Origin: Azolla caroliniana
Lineage: Eukaryota > Plantae > Polypodiophyta
Assembly (NCBI GenBank): GCA_043228905.1
Contig: JBHGNT010000011.1
Coordinates: 11,346,001-11,410,000, forward strand
Reading direction: 5' to 3'
DNA: 64,000 nt
In this document: piece by piece, positions 25,899-35,670 of the stretch
How positions within the stretch are numbered: position 1 is the stretch's first letter
How the letters are laid out: each line of letters begins with the position of its first letter
Position numbers and translations under genes: made by a program
Notes under the pieces: generated by a model
Databases searched by the model: none
The model's input: the letters and a program-made list of their open reading frames with translations, nothing else
What the model was told of the DNA's origin: nothing

Positions 25899-28025
25899 AT
25901 GAGGGGGTCGGATCTTGCAGAGGCCATGGCTTCGGCCGTGGATCGGATTGTAAATGCGCGCGAGGGCACCGGTGCCCTCGACAGAGCTATCGAGGCGGTC
26001 GTCGGCACGATCGGCCGGTTCGATGGGAGGGATGCCACGAAGTATCTGGCGTCCTACGGTGCAGAAATGCTGATGCGGGACATTCCGGAAGAAAGGCGTC
26101 TTGCCGGATTTCCCCGAGTAGCAATGCCGAGCATCCATGCGGAGGTGCTCGGGGTGCGGGCGGAGAGCCGTACCTGGGAGGAGTTCGAAGGTCGGCTCCT
26201 AGAGAAATACGGGCTGGACGACGCGCTCCGGCTTTCGAAGCGAAGGTTCATGGAATGGGTGGAGTCCCCGGGGAAGGGAAGAAACGCGTCGGCACTCCTC
26301 CGGGAGTTCGAGGAAAACTTTGCGCGCCTTTCGGCGCTCGACCGATCCATCCTGGACACGAGCCGGGTCTTGCTGTTTGTCAAGTCGGTCGACGAGCGGG
26401 ATCGGGAGCAAGTGGGCCTCTTGCTGGAAACCGAAGACGGGCTCACTACCGACTGGGCGGCTGTCAAGAAAGCCTGTGGCCGTTTCGACAAACGGCGAGA
26501 ATGGGCGGATAACGGGGTAACCGGGCCGGGCTCGGTCGCAGCAAGGAAGCTCGAACCAGCGCCACAGGTGCGAAAGGAAGAGACCCGAGAGTGGTTGGAA
26601 ACCGGTTCGGCTTCGACCGGCGTAGTCAGTGGCTCAACCGGAGGAGCGGCGCTGGAGGAATTGACGAAGGCGATAAAGGACCTCCAAATCGCGCAGGCCC
26701 GAAGGGAAGGAGGCGAACCGGCTCGTGACCGACGGCCGGCGGCAGGAAACAGGTGCATGTGGTGTGATGAAGTCGGCCACATTCGGAAGGACTGCGGCGA
26801 CTTCGCGGAGGCGCTGAGGGACAGGGTGGTGTACCTGTGGGAAGGACGGGTGCATGCCAGCGACACCCGAAGGGCCCTGAGCCGAAACGACGGGCGAGGT
26901 GGTATGAAAAGGTTGATGGAAGAGGCGGCGGCCCGACACGCGGAAACCGTCCACTACTCGGCGTCGGCCGGCATTCGAGTCGGGGGCGGCGAGGCCCGAA
27001 GGGAAAGCAAAGCCGGATTCTGGCCGACGATGCTGGAAGGCCTTGCCGGCGCAGGGCTTAAAAGGGAGGAATCGGACCGTGCGGAGAAACGGGTACGGGA
27101 GATGACCGGGTGGAGCGACCCGGTCGAGGAAAGGACGGGCTTCGTGGAAGCCGCTTGCCGGAACTACGAGGCTCTGGTAGAAGAGAAGCGGGTGGGGAAA
27201 CCCGGGACGACCGGGCCCTCACAACGATACGAGACCCGGTCCGGGCCACGACGGGACGAAGCCGGCGGGGCCGGTACGCAAGATAAACCCCAGAAGGGCG
27301 GGTACCGTCTGGGGACGGAGATAGAAAGGACCACGGACTTACGAAAGGTCCTGGAGGAACGGATCCTCGACAGCAAGGTGGAGCTGTCGTTACGAGAGGT
27401 GCTGGGAATCGCCAAGAAGGAGTTCCACGACTCCATCGTGGACTTGGTGAAACGGAAGAGGCTGTCAACGGAGACAGAACCGGAAAGACCGGTGGAAGTG
27501 CGGACAACGCACCTAGACGATATGGCGCTGGGAGAAGAGTGGGCGGAAAGCCACTATTCGAGACCACACTGGGCCCGAGCGACCACGGAAACCCCGGTGA
27601 AGATCGGCGATGTCCAGGAACCGGTGATAGCTTTGGTGGACCACGGATCGGAGATCAATTTGATGTCCATGGACTTCTATAAGAAGGGCAAATGGCCGAT
27701 CAACACCAAGCACGGGTGGAAAATAAGGGCAGCAACGCGCGCCACCGAGGAACTGCACGGGGCCTGTCCGAATGTGCGAGTCAAGATCGGCGATGTCGAG
27801 ATTGACCAGCACTTCTTCGTGCAGGAGACGTCTTCGCATCCGGTCATACTGGGAGAGCCGTACATCACGGCGGCGCGAATGGAGACCAAGGTGCTGGACA
27901 ATGGTTCGGCCTACGCGAGGGTCAAAAGCCAAGACGGGCGCCATTCGGTCCAGTTTCTGACGGTACGGCCGAACCACGAACGTAACCGCGACTCCCTCGG
28001 TTCCGAAAGCCGAGAGGATTTTTAG
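25899..28025 (+). CDS. Gag-protease polyprotein of element A
   Basis: First ATG after the PBS. Zinc knuckle CMWCDEVGHIRKDC. Protease-like ALVDHGSEINLM...ILGEPY. Confidence 0.9.
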   Translation: MRGSDLAEAMASAVDRIVNAREGTGALDRAIEAVVGTIGRFDGRDATKYLASYGAEMLMRDIPEERRLAGFPRVAMPSIHAEVLGVRAESRTWEEFEGRLLEKYGLDDALRLSKRRFMEWVESPGKGRNASALLREFEENFARLSALDRSILDTSRVLLFVKSVDERDREQVGLLLETEDGLTTDWAAVKKACGRFDKRREWADNGVTGPGSVAARKLEPAPQVRKEETREWLETGSASTGVVSGSTGGAALEELTKAIKDLQIAQARREGGEPARDRRPAAGNRCMWCDEVGHIRKDCGDFAEALRDRVVYLWEGRVHASDTRRALSRNDGRGGMKRLMEEAAARHAETVHYSASAGIRVGGGEARRESKAGFWPTMLEGLAGAGLKREESDRAEKRVREMTGWSDPVEERTGFVEAACRNYEALVEEKRVGKPGTTGPSQRYETRSGPRRDEAGGAGTQDKPQKGGYRLGTEIERTTDLRKVLEERILDSKVELSLREVLGIAKKEFHDSIVDLVKRKRLSTETEPERPVEVRTTHLDDMALGEEWAESHYSRPHWARATTETPVKIGDVQEPVIALVDHGSEINLMSMDFYKKGKWPINTKHGWKIRAATRATEELHGACPNVRVKIGDVEIDQHFFVQETSSHPVILGEPYITAARMETKVLDNGSAYARVKSQDGRHSVQFLTVRPNHERNRDSLGSESREDF

Positions 28026-31000
28026 AGAGGACTGCCAAGGCGTGGGGCCGCGACAGTCCGGATGCTCCGGAAAAACCCCACATCTGTACGATAAAACCGT
28101 GCACAATAGGTAGGAAATTTTGCTTCTCCGGCAGCAGAGCATGTGCGATGGTCGGCATCGCCGGCCGAGAGAAAACAAAGACGGAGGGGAGACTTCGAGC
28201 GTGCGGAGTTCTCGGCCCTGACGAGGGAATCAACGGAGCCGTGGAGGCAGTCTCCTTCGACGACACCTTGGGAATGCTGGGGAAGGTAGTCGAAGAAGAC
28301 CTTATCGAAGACCGGACGATACCGGTATGTTCCGAAGAAATGTACGAAGTCATCGCGGACTTCGGTCGAGGGCTCGAGTCGGAACGGACGGCCCAAGTTA
28401 GCACCAAGTACAAGACTGTGGACCGGAAGGTGAGGCCAGTTGCGGCGCCCTTACCGGAGGGCAGCGAATCCCGAATCAAAGGGGTTGCATCGGACCCCAG
28501 CTTACGAGATCCGGCCTGCATAGGACACACCTTCACGGACGAGACGCTCCGCGAGCTGAAGATCGGTGGGGGCGGGTTCCTACTGCCGGTGGAGGAAGAC
28601 CGGTTTCGGAGGATGCTCGGAAGGCACGGGAAAGCCTTCGCATTCTCACCGGAGGAAATCGGGTGCGTAGACCCGACGATCGTAGAGCCGATGGTGATAT
28701 TCACGGTACCGCATGTACCGTGGAATCTCAAGCCAATTCCGGTTCCGAGAGCTCACATCCCGAAGTTGATGGAGCTGTTGAAGCAGAAAGTTGATATGGG
28801 CATTCTCGAGCCGTCGAGCGCCCCGTACTCGAACCGGTGGTTTACGGTACCAAAGAAAAACGGATCATTGCGCTTCATTCAGGACCTGCAACCGGTCAAT
28901 AGGGTGACCATTCGGAACGCAGGGATCGGACCAACCATAGACGAGTTCGCGGAGGCCTTCGCCGGAAGGTCGATTTACTCGGTCGGTGATCTATATTCAG
29001 GGTACGACCAATTCCAGCTAGCCGTGGAGAGCAGAGACATTACGACGATGCGAACTCCCCTCGGCCTAGTGCGGATGTGTACGCTGCCGCAAGGAGGGAC
29101 CAACTCGGTGGCTCACATGGTGAATGCAATGAACAAGGTGCTGAGGGACTGCATCCCGGACATCACCATGCCGTTTCTAGACGACATCCCGATCAAGGGA
29201 TGCCCGGTAGAAGAGAAGGATGAGACGATCGGGCCGGACGGATGCCGGCGATTCGTGGTGACGCACATCGACGACTGCGAGAAGGTGCTGCAAAGGCTAG
29301 AGGATGCGAGGCTCACCTTCTCGGGGGAGAAGTCAGCGTTCGGGCAGTCGGAAATCATGGTGGTCGGACATTTATGTGGACCATATGGCCGGAAACCGTC
29401 TCCGGCAAAGATAGAAGCCATCTCCGCGATGAAGCCTGAATGCAGCTCGGTCACGGAAGTACGAAGATTCTTGGGAGCATGCGCCTTCTACCACATATGG
29501 ATCCCGCATTACGCGCACGTCGCGGAGCCGCTGTACGGGTTATTGAAGAAAGGGCGAAGATTCGAATGGCTAGACAAGCACACGGAGTCGGTCCGGAAGC
29601 TGAAGGAGGCTCTTTCGGCAGCACCGGCGCTCCGAAAGGCCGTCTACCGGAAGGGCACCCCAGTGTACATAACGGTTGACACGAGTCCGACCGGAATCGG
29701 GTGGGTCGTCAACCAAGGAGACGAGGACGGCAATCGGTTTCCGATCCGATTCGGCGCGAAGGTCCTCAGCGAACGGCAGCGAGGATACGCCCAGGTTAAA
29801 CGCGAACTCTGGGGTATCGTTTCGGCGGTGAAGGCCGACAAGGACTATCTGATCGGGACGGAGGTAATCATAGAGACGGATTGCATGCCAATTCTCGGCA
29901 TGGTTTCCGGATGCGCGACGCCGGACCTGGCAATGCTCAGGTGGATAGCGTACATCAAGTCCCTGGACCCGGAAATACGACACATTTCCGGGAAAGACAA
30001 CGCCATGGCCGACATGCTTTCAAGGGCGAGATTCGATGACGAGGGCGGCATGGTTTCGGAGGACGAAGAGGTCGGCGTGGACTTCTTCGAGACTGCGTAT
30101 GTAACGACCGACGGAACAAGCACTCCGGCGCTTAACGACTTCGACGCGAGCAAGTACGACGGGGAGTGGCTGCAGATCGGTGGGTTTTTGAAGACAATGA
30201 CGCCCGATGCGTCATGGACGAAGGGCGAGGCCAACCGGATCCGGAAGAAAGCGTACCGGTTCTTTCTCCGGGATGGCTATCTATGGAAGCACCCGAAGAA
30301 GAGGGACGGCGCTCCGCTCCGGGTGGTGGCGATGAGGGAAGAACAGGAGGAGCTGCTGACGGCCTACCACGACAGCCCTTGGGCTGGACACCGTGGAACA
30401 TGGGCTACGTTTGAGAAACTGAAGGGGAAGTATTGGTGGCCGGGGCAGTACCAGGACGTGCATCGGTTCGTGACAACTTGCGAGAGCTGTCAGGTGCACT
30501 CCATTGTCCGACATCGGGACGAGCTCCACCCCACGTACCCTCCGACCATCCACTTCAAATGGATGGTAGACCTGGTGACGATGCCGATGGGGGTAGGACA
30601 GATGCGGTACCTGGTCCTAGCGCGGGAGGATCTGACGAACCAGGTGGAAGGCCGGGCCCTTCCGAACAAAACGACCGCGGCCGTATGCCGGTTCCTAATC
30701 GAGGACGTGATATGCCGGTACGGGTGCGTCGGGAAGATCGTGGCTGACCGAGGGGAGTTGGACGCCGAAGAAGCCGCGGAGCTGTTCGACCGGCTGGGAG
30801 TCAAGCTCTCGCTCACCACTGCGTACAATCCGGAGGCGAATGGAAAGGTGGAGCGCGGACACGGACCGATCGTCAAGGCGTTGGTTCGGGCATGCGGAGG
30901 CCGAGTCGGTAACTGGCCGCGGCTGCTACCTTATGCTTTGTGGGCAGACCGGACCACGCACAGTTCGGTAACCGGGTACATGCCGACGGAGCTCATGTTC

Positions 31001-31504
31001 GGCCAGAAGCCGATCATGCCGATGGAACGGACGATCTCCTCGTGGGCAACGGTCGACTGGAGGGACGAGATGAGCCGGGAGGAGTTGTTGGCCGCGCGCA
31101 TACGACAGCTCGAGCGGAGGCCGGAGGACGTGGAACTGGCTGCGGAGAAGCTCCGGGTGGCGAGGAAAAAGAACAAAGCCAGGTTCGACCGAACGCACCG
31201 GCTCCGACCGAAGAAAATCGAAGAAGGTGACTGGGTGCTCGTCTACGACAGCAGCCTCGACAACCAGCACCGAGCTACACGGAAGTTCGCACGAAGGTGG
31301 TTCGGGCCTTACGTGGTACGGAGCGCCAATGACAACGGGACATATCACCTGGCGGAACTCGACGGCACGAGAATGGCGATACCGGTTGCAGGGAAGCGGA
31401 TCAAAGCGTTCAAGAAGCGACACGACGACGAGCCAGACCCGGCTCTCCCGGTCAGCAGTGACGAACGATCCGAAAACGAGGAAGAACCGATGGGCGAGGA
31501 ATGA
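28016..31504 (+). CDS. Pol (RT-RNaseH-integrase) of element A, probably entered by -1 frameshift
   Basis: The frame is open from 28016 (GGA TTT TTA) through the ATG at 28148. RT (DLYSGYDQ, LPQG, FLDD), RH (VDTS...ETDC...ADMLSR), INT (H-H-C-C, DDE, GPY). No chromodomain. Confidence 0.92.
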   Translation, partial: GFLERTAKAWGRDSPDAPEKPHICTIKPCTIGRKFCFSGSRACAMVGIAGREKTKTEGRLRACGVLGPDEGINGAVEAVSFDDTLGMLGKVVEEDLIEDRTIPVCSEEMYEVIADFGRGLESERTAQVSTKYKTVDRKVRPVAAPLPEGSESRIKGVASDPSLRDPACIGHTFTDETLRELKIGGGGFLLPVEEDRFRRMLGRHGKAFAFSPEEIGCVDPTIVEPMVIFTVPHVPWNLKPIPVPRAHIPKLMELLKQKVDMGILEPSSAPYSNRWFTVPKKNGSLRFIQDLQPVNRVTIRNAGIGPTIDEFAEAFAGRSIYSVGDLYSGYDQFQLAVESRDITTMRTPLGLVRMCTLPQGGTNSVAHMVNAMNKVLRDCIPDITMPFLDDIPIKGCPVEEKDETIGPDGCRRFVVTHIDDCEKVLQRLEDARLTFSGEKSAFGQSEIMVVGHLCGPYGRKPSPAKIEAISAMKPECSSVTEVRRFLGACAFYHIWIPHYAHVAEPLYGLLKKGRRFEWLDKHTESVRKLKEALSAAPALRKAVYRKGTPVYITVDTSPTGIGWVVNQGDEDGNRFPIRFGAKVLSERQRGYAQVKRELWGIVSAVKADKDYLIGTEVIIETDCMPILGMVSGCATPDLAMLRWIAYIKSLDPEIRHISGKDNAMADMLSRARFDDEGGMVSEDEEVGVDFFETAYVTTDGTSTPALNDFDASKYDGEWLQIGGFLKTMTPDASWTKGEANRIRKKAYRFFLRDGYLWKHPKKRDGAPLRVVAMREEQEELLTAYHDSPWAGHRGTWATFEKLKGKYWWPGQYQDVHRFVTTCESCQVHSIVRHRDELHPTYPPTIHFKWMVDLVTMPMGVGQMRYLVLAREDLTNQVEGRALPNKTTAAVCRFLIEDVICRYGCVGKIVADRGELDAEEAAELFDRLGVKLSLTTAYNPEANGKVERGHGPIVKALVRACGGRVGNWPRLLPYALWADRTTHSSVTGYMPTELMFGQKPIMPMERTISSWATVDWRDEMSREELLAARIRQLERRPEDVELAAEKLRVARKKNKARFDRTHRLRPKKIEEGDWVLVYDSSLDNQHRATRKFARRWFGPYVVRSANDNGTYHLAELDGTRMAIPVAGKRIKAFKKRHDDEPDPALPVSSDERSENEEEPMGEE

Positions 31505-32571
31505 AGACGGGCCGGTTTTCTCCGTCCCAACTCTCTTGGCGCATACCGGAGGATGCGCGGTTAGGTGGGGGCGGATGTCGTGAAGAAAACCGTCCATAAG
31601 CGGAATCGGCGCACCAAGGCGTGGGAACCGGTTCTTCACGCGCGCACGCTCCAAGTTGTACATAGGAGCGAATTAGGAGGATAATTGGGAGGAACGGGCC
31701 CTAACACGAGTGGAGACAAAGACCGCGCGAATAGTCTTTTCGGTCGCGCGCGCGAACTGTACGAGTCGGCGGCGTAACTACGCGGATGCGTGAAGAACGG
31801 AGCGGATCCCTGTTCAAAAGGGACAGGGAATAAAGCTGACACGACGGCCTGCTCGTCGGCCTATATAAGAGCAGGAAAGAGCTATTGCAGGCATCTCGCG
31901 CGGAGAGGACGAAGTGCTGTCGGACCGCTTCTGGACGCTTAGCTCTCTGCTTCCTTCCTTCTTGAGCTCCATAGCTTTCTGTGCAGGGTTCCGAGGAGGC
32001 TCGCGCTGTTTCGAGGAACGCCCGAGTGCTTCCGGCAGCACCTCCGACCGGCTACCCCCTTTGTGCGTCGAAGCGAACAGGCATCGGCATCTGTTCGCCG
32101 GCCTGCTCGGTTGTAACCAACCTGTGCCCCACCGAGGGTTGTAGTCGTGTTAGCCATTCTTAATACATATATTTAGTCATTCGCATCTGTCTGTGTCGGT
32201 GTTCTTTCGCGTTCTCCGTGCTAAAGGGCCGTGTCCCTGTGCATCCCCGGTCCTGCGTAGCCGGTTCTCTCTCTCTCTCCTCCCTTGCTTGCTCTTTGGT
32301 TCGAGACCCCCGCGGTCCCGCCTCGTTTCCACACGCACTTGCGTAATAACCAGACAGCGTGAGTCGGTGTTAAGCGTGCGCTCCCTCTCTTTCTCTCTCT
32401 CCCTTCGGTAGCTTCCGATGTTCTTCTGGGATCCCCCGGAAACGGTGAAGCGCGACTTCCTACACTCCGTCACTCCCTAGTCCAAGACCCCCGTGGTCCC
32501 GCCTTTCTCCACGCACGCGCGTAACAACGCGACATATTTGGTGAACCCGACGTGAAAGGCGGCAAGGGAGG

Positions 32572-33954
32572 ATGGAGTCGGAAGACAACAACCTTGCGGA
32601 GATGGTGGCCGAAGTGGTGTTGGAGTTGGCACGAGTGGTGATGAGGCGAGAAGCAGCGCAACAAGCGGTTGAGCAAGTGGTCGAAAGAGTCGGCCGTTTC
32701 AACGGGGACCAAGTCCCATCTTACTTGGAAGCCTACAACGCGGAAATGGAGGAGTGTGGCGTAGACGAGGCGTTGAGGCTGGAGTTCTTCTGTCGGGTCG
32801 TGGCTGTCCGGATGCATGCGGAAATAAAGGAGCTCCGTGAGGCTCATAGTTTGTGGGAGGCCTTCGAAGAGGCGCTCCTGAAGGCATACGGAGGACGGCG
32901 GAAGAGCCGGGGACGACACGACTTCAACCAGTGGGTAGCATCAGCAAAGACCCATCGGGGCGCGACGAAGGCGTTCCGAGAGTTCAAGCGATGGCTTGCT
33001 CGGCTCCCGGAGCGGGAACAAGGTTTGGTGGGGGCGGACAAAGTCCTTTTGTTTGTCAGGTTGATCGACCGAGCGGAGCGGGAAGCCATCGGGATTGAGC
33101 TCGAAGACGATGATGGAGCGAATGGGCTTACGGAGGACTGGTCGAAGGTCGGAAGGGTGGGCCAACGGCTAGATGATGAGCAAGCCGAGAAGGCTAAGAG
33201 GAAGGTACGCGACGGCGTGCCATCACAGCGGGAAGAGGCCAAACGGCAAAGAGAATCAGCAAGGGTCGGCGTTGGGGCCAGGATTGCGGAGGCGTATGCA
33301 GCCCTCGAGGCGATGATCGAGGAAGAGGAAAGACGGAGGCCGCAAGCCGAGACTAAGGAGACGGACTTGCCCCACGCGACGGCGGAAGATCGGTACGACG
33401 GTACCACTGGAGAGGGTGCGGAACAAATCGCCCTCTCGACTTGCGGAGATAGAACGGCCAAGGACGAGGCAGAGATACAGATCGCGAAACTGGATAGTTG
33501 GGGTCAACGGTTTCGGGCATGTCAACCCGGGATCCCGGTCATTGGAGAAGCAAGCCCAGACGGGGCTTGCGCGATCGGTAAGAAGACGACCGCCAACCAC
33601 GAAGAGTCGGTGGCTACGGACAAGGGCGTAAAACGGACGGGCGATTCTTTGTGTCTTCCCACAGTTGCTCCTGAGACGATGGCAGTCGGGCCCGAGTGCC
33701 CACGTGAGTCCCAAGCGGAGGAAGGCGGCAGCGAAAGACCAAGAATGACCGGCGAGACGATATGGGGAAGGAGCGGACGAAAGCCCACAGACGCGATTCC
33801 GGAGAACTCGGTATTCGGGCCCGTATGGCCATGTAAGATCGAGGAGATGGATGGCGGTACCGAGGAGTCCTGGCACGATGCCAGCGAAGTCGGATGGGAA
33901 ACGGCCTGCGAGGAGGCCGAGGACGGAAACGACACAAAGAGATCGGCATTCTGA
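32572..33954 (+). CDS. Gag-derived protein of non-autonomous element B with an acidic low-complexity extension
   Basis: The N-terminus aligns with A gag (VGRFNGDQV/IGRFDGRDA, KVLLFV/RVLLFV, GLTEDW/GLTTDW). It lacks the zinc knuckle and protease. Confidence 0.75.
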   Translation: MESEDNNLAEMVAEVVLELARVVMRREAAQQAVEQVVERVGRFNGDQVPSYLEAYNAEMEECGVDEALRLEFFCRVVAVRMHAEIKELREAHSLWEAFEEALLKAYGGRRKSRGRHDFNQWVASAKTHRGATKAFREFKRWLARLPEREQGLVGADKVLLFVRLIDRAEREAIGIELEDDDGANGLTEDWSKVGRVGQRLDDEQAEKAKRKVRDGVPSQREEAKRQRESARVGVGARIAEAYAALEAMIEEEERRRPQAETKETDLPHATAEDRYDGTTGEGAEQIALSTCGDRTAKDEAEIQIAKLDSWGQRFRACQPGIPVIGEASPDGACAIGKKTTANHEESVATDKGVKRTGDSLCLPTVAPETMAVGPECPRESQAEEGGSERPRMTGETIWGRSGRKPTDAIPENSVFGPVWPCKIEEMDGGTEESWHDASEVGWETACEEAEDGNDTKRSAF

Positions 33955-35670
33955 TACGGGTGGAGCGTGATCCGGTCATGGATTGTTCGATCGGGGCTGG
34001 ATTCGGCATGAAAGTGCCGAAACGGAAGAGGGTGCGGGACGAGCCGCCCTCTTTTACATGGGGAGAAAGACCAACCAGGCGAAGGTCGAGATTTGGAAGA
34101 GAATGAAAGCCGGTCCTATGGGTTTCCTTACACCGATCCGGCTGCAGGCCCGAGTGCCGACGTGAGTCCGACAAGAGAGATCGGTGGCGACAGGAGAACG
34201 GGACTCGGCAATCCGGAGGAAGACAAACGAACCCGAGCGAGAACCGGGCGGAGCGGACTCCCAGATGACCATTCCGGGAGGGAGGAAGAGAGCAGGCCTA
34301 CGAAGCGGCCGAGGACACGGTACATCGGTACCACGGGAGAGGGTGCGGAGTAAAACGCCCTCTCGGCATGCGGATAGGGACGACCCGGGACAGGGTCGGG
34401 AAGACAAATCGGAGGCCTACGGAGGATCCTTCACACCGGTTCTAGAGACTTCGGCAGTCGGTGACGCGGTCGACGTAAGACCAAGATACTGACGGTGGCG
34501 GCGAGGTGACGAGGGCAAGGGCTACGGATGGGCGGTCTACGGAGGATCCTTCACACCGGTTCTAGAGACTTCGGCAGTTGGCGACGCGGTCGACGTAAGA
34601 CCAAGATATTGACGGTGGCGGCGAGGTGACGAAGGCAATGGGCGTAAGGAAGTCCGGTCCTACGGGATCCCCACACTTAAACGGAGACTCCGGCTGTTCG
34701 GCCAACGTGGCAACGTAAGACAGAGGGAGAAGGAAGGTGGCGGCGGGAAACGGGACCCGACTACGCGGAAGACACGAGGAGAGTCCGGGTGGGACTCAAA
34801 CAAAAGACACCCGAATTTCGGCAAGCATAGAAATGGAGTCCGGTCCCATGGGACCCTCACACCGATCCGGAGACCTCGGCTGATCGGCCAACGCGGCAAC
34901 GTAAGACCGATGGAGAAGGACGGTGGCGGCAGGGAACGGGACCCGAAGACACGAGGTTTCGGAAGGAACCGGTAGGGGCAAACACGGGGAGGTGTGTCAG
35001 GCCGGAAAGGCACACTTGGGATAGAACAAGTGTCTCGCAAGTGGCTATCGCGGGCCGGATCGAAGCGTGACTACGGGACGGTGTTCGGCGTAGGCGGGGC
35101 CGAACGAAGGAAGCGGAAGACGGCACAAGAGAGGTGCCGGGAACGAGGTGACAAGTGCCTAGTGGACTGCACAGGGTCGGAGTCAGGGGATGGCAAGAGA
35201 GGCCGGAGGAGGATCCTCCACACTTGCTTCGTAGATCTCGGTAGCTCCGTTGAAGTAGCGAAGACTGACACGGCAAGCCGGGATGACAAGCTGGTGGGGG
35301 GCGAGACGGACGACGGCAAGTGGAAGACTCAGGACTTATCGCGGCAGCACGAAGACGGGAAGGGCCAAGCGGGCTACTACGGGGTGTTCCTTGGATGCAA
35401 AGGACACTGATATGCGGGTGAGCGGCGATGCACGATCTGGTCGGAAAGGGGGCCAACAAGGAGTGCGACATAGGCGGTGCCAAACAACGGGCGAGGGTAC
35501 ATGGCACACGGAGGTGCCGGAGCGGAAAGGCGAGCGTGGAGATAGGTTGCGCGGTTCGGAGGTATCGCGGAGAAGACCGAAAAGGGATTCCCACACTTAA
35601 CCGGAGACTCCGACTGTTCGGCCAACGTGGCAACGTAAGACCGAGGGAGAAGGAAGGTGGCGGCGGAAGG
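33650..35670 (+). repeat. Interspersed ~80-bp degenerate modules in the element B internal region, including a 120-bp tandem pair at ~34415-34635
   Basis: Recurrent core ACAC..GAGACT.CGGC.GT.GG...CGTAAGACC...GGTGGCGGC at about 33660, 34130, 34430, 34550, 34670, 34860 and 35590. Confidence 0.75.

Larger units (their letters stand above)
25075..32356 (+). mobile_element. Intact, very young autonomous Ty3/Gypsy element A (non-chromovirus, tRNA-Trp primed, Phygy-like by inference)
   Basis: 781-bp LTRs at 25075-25855 and 31576-32356 (2 differences seen). TSD GCGT. PBS TGGTGAACCCGACGTGA 25859-25875. Uninterrupted gag-PR and RT-RH-INT ORFs. Confidence 0.97.

Noticed and set aside
26054-31663. Many 100-270 aa antisense and alternate-frame ORFs over element A, and similar ones over F, B, D and E
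   Set aside because: These are expected shadows of GC-rich, stop-poor coding sequence, with no recognisable domains.
33650-35670. Repeat-spacer pattern as a CRISPR-like array
   Set aside because: The repeats are long, degenerate and irregularly spaced. The intervening sequence is colinear between B and E. There are no cas genes and the context is a eukaryotic retroelement.
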